Part shown: positions 27,086-32,000 of the stretch, piece by piece | Layout of the letters: each line of letters begins with the position of its first letter | Numbering within the stretch: the first letter of the stretch is position 1 | Assembly (NCBI GenBank): GCA_965219535.1 | Contig: CBDCNV010000002.1 | Location: forward strand, 1,860,001-1,892,000 | Source of the DNA: Opitutales bacterium | Lineage (GTDB): Bacteria > Verrucomicrobiota > Verrucomicrobiia > Opitutales > PNEW01 | Length of the DNA stretch: 32,000 nucleotides | Direction of reading: 5' to 3' | The notes under the pieces: generated by a model | Told to the model about the DNA's origin: nothing | The model's database searches: none | Seen by the model: the letters and a program-made list of their open reading frames with translations, nothing else | Position numbers and translations under genes: made by a program

Positions 27086-27637
27086 TTACTTATCAGCGGT
27101 AATGACACGTCGACGAAGAGGCGATTTGTTTTTAACAATACCCGGCTTAGGATCATTAATAGAGGGTTTATTTAATACAGCCGATTGCACGATTTCATTT
27201 CGCTTTGATATAGTTACGGGTAAGGGCTCATGCGTGGGCCTTACGAGAGTCAATTTCTCAGTTCGATTATTAAATTTAATATAGATTAAATTTCTATTTC
27301 TTTCAAACCGTAGCACCTGATAGGGTGCTTCTGATTCTCTTATTTTTACCCAGTCGCTTTTCTGTTTAGCATTATTATAGATGTTAAAATAGTAATCCCC
27401 TCCTAGAGAATAAAATCCCCGAAATTCGAGAATACGCGTTAATTCTGTATTTGAATTTCCTGGGACGTTGATTAATCGAGAATAGTCAGGGCTGAAATCA
27501 TCAGGGACAAAGGGTGAATTATCGATTAAATCGCTGGCCTCAAGTGATTGAGCGTTAAACATCGTAAAATACATCCCAAGAAAAAAAATCATGAATCTAA
27601 ATAGCTGAAATGCCAAATATGTCGGTTTAGCGCTCAT
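27086..27637 (-). CDS. Small signal-anchored protein, PilP/GspC-HR-like (putative secretin-interacting component)
   Basis: 183 aa with an N-terminal hydrophobic anchor and an NSPFVP motif (compare the PilP dPF motif). A beta-rich segment follows: FRGFYSLGGDYYFNIYNNAKQKSDWVKIRESEAPYQVLRFERNRNLIYIKFNNRTEKLTL. It lies between gspD (2-nt gap) and gspE (12-nt gap). Confidence 0.35.
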   Translation of the reverse strand: MSAKPTYLAFQLFRFMIFFLGMYFTMFNAQSLEASDLIDNSPFVPDDFSPDYSRLINVPGNSNTELTRILEFRGFYSLGGDYYFNIYNNAKQKSDWVKIRESEAPYQVLRFERNRNLIYIKFNNRTEKLTLVRPTHEPLPVTISKRNEIVQSAVLNKPSINDPKPGIVKNKSPLRRRVITADK

Positions 27638-27639
27638 TC

Positions 27640-29622
27640 TTATTTTTTAATTTTGGTGTCGCTATCTTCGATTTTACCTTTTTCGAGTAAACTTTCAATT
27701 TTTTCTCTATTAGTAAATCTCTCAATATTATCTAACGTATTACGGTAGGCATCATCAGTGGTTAATAATATTTCAGGTCTGATGAAAATAAGTAGCTCTC
27801 TTTTCGTTTGTTCGTCCGCGCTTGACCTGAAAAGATGTCCCAGTAACGGGATCTCACCGAGGAATGCCATGCGTCCCCGTATTTCTGTATTGTCAATTTG
27901 TTGCAGTCCGCCGAGGACAATTAATTCTTGATCGGCTACACTTAAGAATGACTTCGCTTGGCGTTTACCAATAATTGGTTGGTCATTGCCATCTATGGTT
28001 ACCGTATCCACTACACTTTCGACTTTCTGATCAATCTCCATTTGGATTATGCCGTTCGGGCCAATAAGCGGCTTTACTATCAGCTCAATGCCAATATCGC
28101 GAAACTGGACACTACTGCGTAAGGAGGTCCCCCCAAAATTATCGGATTGAGTCGCGGTAATGACGGGACGAGATTCTGCCACGTTTATCGAAGCTTCTTG
28201 ATTGTGGGTTGTCACCAGCGTAGGGGTAGAAAGTATGGTGACTTCTGTGTTTCGCCGAGCTGTATTGAGTAAAGTGTTAATCGAGAAATCTTTTAATGAA
28301 CCACTTATCGAATAACCTTGAGGAAGTCGTGTCGTGCCGGGGCCTTGGACGCCAAAGTTCACCTGGCTTAATCCGGCGAGGTTAAAATCGATATTAAAGG
28401 CATCAATACCGCGCACTATATCCTCACTCAGGGTAACTTCAGCGATTACTACCTCAATTCGCACCTGGGCTAAGAGGGTATCTATTTTATCCACAATTTC
28501 ACGCAGGTATACGAGGTCATTGGTAGTGCCCGAGGCGACAATGGCGTTGCTGCGTGGATCCGCTACGATAGTGAGATAGTCACTAAACTGAAGATTATTG
28601 GTCGCCATGTCTGAAAGGATTCCCGCACGAGCGGCGCCAGTTTGAGCGGCCGATTGTCTTCGCGCAGTGGCTCGGCTCCCTCTTTCACTTGTTGATTCAT
28701 CTCTTGAACGCTGTTGGCCGGTGAGAACTTGCTCAATCAATTCAGTAACTTCAGTGGCGTCTGCATGTTTAAGAGAAAAAATCTCAGTTTGCGTGATCGG
28801 GGCAACATCAACATCAAACTTTGATATAAGATCGTCAATTAGGTCCTTGTTGCTATGGTGGGTAAAAACAACAAGTTGATTACTTCTTTCGACCGCTTCA
28901 AAAGTGGTATTATTTTCCAAGTAACGTTTCAGGCTACCAGTTTGCATTGCTTGCAGGCGTTTTACAATATCGGTAGCTGACACATGTTCGAGGTGATAAA
29001 ATAAAATCTCAACCTGCACTTCAGCTGGTTGGTCTACTTTAGAAATTACATCTTCAATGCGTTGGAGATTTATCAATGGATCAGTGACCAGGATGGCATT
29101 AGATTTCGGGAAGGCGATGGGTGCACCTTGTGTAAGCAATGGCTGAATCACGGGAACTATCTCTTCAGTATTTAGATAATCGAGATAAAAGAACTTGGAG
29201 TAAATTTTCTGACTTGGGGTGCTCTTGAAGGTAGAATCATTTATCATACTAGGAGCTTGGGTAGCGATGCTTGTTGCAGGTACGGCTTTGAGGAATTTCT
29301 CACCGACTTCGGTAATGGCAATACCGTTCAAGCTAAGAAGACTTTCCATCGCTAGAATGGCATCTGCTTTAGTCATTGCGCTTTGACTACTGAAATTTAT
29401 TTGTACCTTTGGTAGGTTTTGCTGTCTTAATATGGATTTTCCCGTGAAGCGTTCCAACATCTCGATGACTTCATTTGCTTCCATATCACTTATGCGGATC
29501 ACACCAACTGAATCCATCCCTTGTGGCGTAATGGAAGGTTCCTGTGCCGAAAGAGAAAACAGCACAGGGAATAATGATAGAAGCAGGATATGCAGTAAGC
29601 TGATGGGTTTAAGGGCTTTCAT
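27640..29622 (-). CDS. gspD: Type II secretion outer-membrane secretin GspD
   Basis: It has a signal peptide, N0-N3-like repeats and a secretin core (VRIEVVIAEVTLSEDIVRGIDA...VLGGLQQ...IPLLGHLF...KRELLIFIRPEIL). Confidence 0.9.
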   Translation of the reverse strand: MKALKPISLLHILLLSLFPVLFSLSAQEPSITPQGMDSVGVIRISDMEANEVIEMLERFTGKSILRQQNLPKVQINFSSQSAMTKADAILAMESLLSLNGIAITEVGEKFLKAVPATSIATQAPSMINDSTFKSTPSQKIYSKFFYLDYLNTEEIVPVIQPLLTQGAPIAFPKSNAILVTDPLINLQRIEDVISKVDQPAEVQVEILFYHLEHVSATDIVKRLQAMQTGSLKRYLENNTTFEAVERSNQLVVFTHHSNKDLIDDLISKFDVDVAPITQTEIFSLKHADATEVTELIEQVLTGQQRSRDESTSERGSRATARRQSAAQTGAARAGILSDMATNNLQFSDYLTIVADPRSNAIVASGTTNDLVYLREIVDKIDTLLAQVRIEVVIAEVTLSEDIVRGIDAFNIDFNLAGLSQVNFGVQGPGTTRLPQGYSISGSLKDFSINTLLNTARRNTEVTILSTPTLVTTHNQEASINVAESRPVITATQSDNFGGTSLRSSVQFRDIGIELIVKPLIGPNGIIQMEIDQKVESVVDTVTIDGNDQPIIGKRQAKSFLSVADQELIVLGGLQQIDNTEIRGRMAFLGEIPLLGHLFRSSADEQTKRELLIFIRPEILLTTDDAYRNTLDNIERFTNREKIESLLEKGKIEDSDTKIKK

Positions 29623-29644
29623 ACCTTAAACGATAGTTTTCGCT

Positions 29645-30178
29645 TTAGATTGATTTATTTTTCAACTCGAAAGAAGAGACAAGGAATTGTGCATCGAGCT
29701 GTCTGGGGTCAGCTTTATTGGCCACAATGCGCATTCTTTCCAGGCCGAGGTATGGAGATTCTTCTTTTATTTTTTTGTCAAATTCTATGAGATCCGCGAT
29801 TCCACTTTTCTTGAACTGAATGCGTACCGTGTGGGCATTGAAAATATCACCTTCTTGAGTGCCAGGTGAATTGATATCGAAATTTAAACCTGCCTTGCGC
29901 GCTATATTATCCAGTTTTTCCACTAATTGTGAGCTGGTATATGTCTTCTCTGGTTCCAAGCGTTGGAGGGCGTGGTTTAAGCGCATTTTGATATCATCTT
30001 TCTCGCTGATTATCTGATCCTGATATTTTAATTGATAACCAGTATTTCGCAAATTCGTATAGACGGACTTACTGTCTTTAATTAAACTACCTGCCCACAC
30101 GAAAAGAATAATCCAAATAAACACAGTTAGTAATGCACGCTCTCGCAGAGACAATATATTGTAGAATTTCTTGAACAT
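29645..30178 (-). CDS. GspM/PilO-like bitopic assembly-platform protein
   Basis: 177 aa with a single N-terminal TM (ALLTVFIWIILFVWAGSLI), a short coiled coil and a C-terminal alpha/beta domain. Its position between the gspL-like gene and gspD supports the call. Confidence 0.5.
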   Translation of the reverse strand: MFKKFYNILSLRERALLTVFIWIILFVWAGSLIKDSKSVYTNLRNTGYQLKYQDQIISEKDDIKMRLNHALQRLEPEKTYTSSQLVEKLDNIARKAGLNFDINSPGTQEGDIFNAHTVRIQFKKSGIADLIEFDKKIKEESPYLGLERMRIVANKADPRQLDAQFLVSSFELKNKSI

Positions 30179-30200
30179 AGTGAAAGATAATGCGGATTAA

Positions 30201-31418
30201 CTATTCCATGAGCTGTGCGCCTGCGACAATCTCTTCAGGATTAAAGGGCGAGGGGTTAAAAGTGACGACTACTGTAAAAGGGGCATTACCACTTCTTGAT
30301 ACGATCTTTTTAATTTTCGCATCCGAGACAAGGGGTAAATTACGCAGATTTTCCATATAACGGTTGACGACTTCTACATTACTGGCAGCCCCATCGACTT
30401 GAATCTGATTGAAGCTGTCAGATACAGCTTGGGTAAAATAGATAGAGCTCGGCCTTTTCAAATTCATTGTTGCGAGCATCTCGAAGGGTTTAAGTTCATT
30501 TTGAGCAATTTGCTCGATACGTAATAAGAGATTATTTTTTTGTTCAATAAGCGCTACTTCATCACTTCTTTCTGCAACTTTATCTATCCGAAAATCCGTC
30601 CAGGTATTTGTCATCATAAAAATAAACTGTAAGAGCAGAAATAGGGAAGCGGCAATACCTGCGAGTTGTGTCGATGACCATACATAGCGAGAATAATTTC
30701 GCTTTCGACTCGCCTTTAATTTAAATGAGCTCGCGCGAATATCGGCATCACATAATTTTTTTTCATCCATCGGTAAGCGCGTGACGGTCGAATTCAAATC
30801 TGAATCAATTTCACCTGATACGAGACGATGCTTGAATCGTAATTTGTCATCAGAATCAACTAATGCCGACGTGCCCAAATAAATGTTGTTATCAATTTTA
30901 TAGCCTTCATTTTTTAATGAGACGAGAAGGTTGTTTTTCACTTTCAGGAGAGAGGCATCTGAATTATCAATATTTTCCAGTGATAGAGTAAATACGTTTT
31001 CTGGGACGGTACTATGGGCAGAAAAGGTGAGGGCGGACATCGAATTATTCTCCGATAAGAAAGTAATCGATGGTTCGTCAAAGGAGACCCCATTTATGGT
31101 GATAAAGCTCGGTAAGACATGGTAATATTGATCAAGGTTTTCGACACCTAAATTATTAATACTCTCGCGATAGGCCGCGTATATTAATATTAAAGAGGTT
31201 CTTTCATCGCGTAGAAATCCCCATAATAATTGATTAAGAGGAAAAGGAGAAAGACCTTCAAGGGACAATTCAGCAAATTGATCTATTTCGCTGTCACTGA
31301 TTTCAGGTGGTAAGGTTAAGGAATGACAATAAAAAACCTCACCCGGAACGAGTAAAACTTTCCGGTTAGCAAGCTTACTACCCAGCTTAGCTTCGAGAAA
31401 TTGTACCAATTTATTCAT
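30201..31418 (-). CDS. GspL-like (PilM-PilN-fusion-like) assembly-platform protein
   Basis: 405 aa: a ~250-aa cytoplasmic domain, one TM (LAGIAASLFLLLQFIFMM) and a ~120-aa periplasmic domain. Size, topology and operon position match GspL. Confidence 0.5.
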   Translation of the reverse strand: MNKLVQFLEAKLGSKLANRKVLLVPGEVFYCHSLTLPPEISDSEIDQFAELSLEGLSPFPLNQLLWGFLRDERTSLILIYAAYRESINNLGVENLDQYYHVLPSFITINGVSFDEPSITFLSENNSMSALTFSAHSTVPENVFTLSLENIDNSDASLLKVKNNLLVSLKNEGYKIDNNIYLGTSALVDSDDKLRFKHRLVSGEIDSDLNSTVTRLPMDEKKLCDADIRASSFKLKASRKRNYSRYVWSSTQLAGIAASLFLLLQFIFMMTNTWTDFRIDKVAERSDEVALIEQKNNLLLRIEQIAQNELKPFEMLATMNLKRPSSIYFTQAVSDSFNQIQVDGAASNVEVVNRYMENLRNLPLVSDAKIKKIVSRSGNAPFTVVVTFNPSPFNPEEIVAGAQLME

Positions 31419-31461
31419 TAAAAATGTGTAACTAATAAACTCATTCGCATGTCAATGTCGA

Positions 31462-32000
31462 TTAAATTCGTTGATTCTCAGTGAGGAGAAGAATATCAAA
31501 AGGAAATTCCAGATTAAGTTTAGCGTTACTATCTTCGTCAGTAACATTAACCGAAGAGTTCCCTTCAAGGTTATTACTTTCTTCTTCACTGTTATTTTCA
31601 GTCGTGGAAGATACGTTTTGATTTTTGATGATTGCTGAAAGAAGAAAATTTGAATCACCACGACTAACGCTAATAGTTATTTTTAATACATGAGCATAAA
31701 TATTTGCCATGCTGATACCTGGATTCAGCGCGGGGGGATAGTAGGGGTGCGTACGAGAGTTAATGAGTTGATCATCTTCACTCCCAGGAATTTTATCTTC
31801 ACCTATGAGGTAATTATACAGGGGCTCCGAATCGTGACCATCGACTCTTGAAATGACTTTATGCACGAGGGTATTGGCGGTGTTAAGGTTGACCAATTCA
31901 TTATGGTAGAGAGAAATAGCATCCTTAAATTGATCATATAAATAATTGGGAATTCCTTCATCGTCTAAAAAAAAGATATCAAAATCCTGAATTAAAAAAA
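31462..32000 (-). CDS. GspK-like minor pseudopilin, 5' end beyond the window
   Basis: It contains the VNLNTAN motif (GspK family INVNTA). The frame stays open upstream to position 32000, so the ORF-track start at 31896 (TTG) is not the real start. Confidence 0.5.
   Translation of the reverse strand, partial: FLIQDFDIFFLDDEGIPNYLYDQFKDAISLYHNELVNLNTANTLVHKVISRVDGHDSEPLYNYLIGEDKIPGSEDDQLINSRTHPYYPPALNPGISMANIYAHVLKITISVSRGDSNFLLSAIIKNQNVSSTTENNSEEESNNLEGNSSVNVTDEDSNAKLNLEFPFDILLLTENQRI

Noticed and set aside
2590-31661. Many 60-120 aa ORFs antisense to or overlapping strong genes (for example 2590-2802, 9066-9296, 9719-10006, 12768-13136, 14239-14571, 22793-23143, 25819-26776, 28334-28879, 30931-31125, 31452-31661)
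   Set aside because: Each lies fully inside a longer ORF with clear family motifs on the other strand or in another frame. None shows recognisable motifs.
1-32000. CRISPR arrays, rRNA genes, prophage or integrase genes, toxin-antitoxin pairs and classical defence-system genes
   Set aside because: I saw no regularly spaced direct repeats, no rRNA-like conserved blocks, and no ORFs with integrase, Cas, restriction-enzyme, RT or nuclease-helicase motifs. The GNAT is 275 aa and has no small partner gene, so it does not fit GNAT toxin systems.

Overview
AT-rich (about 40% GC by eye) bacterial chromosomal segment from a diderm organism; I cannot assign a taxon from sequence alone. Contents in order:
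- 188-722: three tRNA genes (Tyr, Thr, Gln).
- 1190-5936: an IS-rich patch holding an IS1380-like transposase remnant, an intact cfa gene, a decayed IS3-family element (3171-4561) and a 1345-bp IS3-family element (4592-5936).
- 5902-17172: a housekeeping block (DCC/DUF393, ubiE, ClpX-like ATPase, IHF/HU, hisS, gamma-CA-like, BtuF-like binding protein, def), followed by a three-gene operon of a large membrane protein with MotA/TolQ/ExbB-like C-terminal helices, a coiled-coil protein with an Asp in its transmembrane helix, and a GNAT.
- 17261-21468: a minus-strand gspA (exeA)-like gene followed by two GspB-like genes. gspA is split by a second, inverted, identical copy of the IS (19629-20973).
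- 21593-24005: ftsB-like gene and a phosphohexomutase.
- 24084-32000: a minus-strand type II secretion operon (gspK-like, L-like, M-like, gspD, small PilP/GspC-like gene, gspE, gspF).

The most unusual signal is a family of related 30-45 nt inserts (TACCGAG...AGCGA...). They interrupt the IS3 transposase reading frames at five different sites. In the two identical, apparently recently moved IS copies they keep the flanks in frame, and each carries one in-frame TGA. The second candidate is the MotA/ExbB-like plus Asp-TM coiled-coil pair at 13211-16325. No CRISPR array, rRNA or prophage structure was seen.
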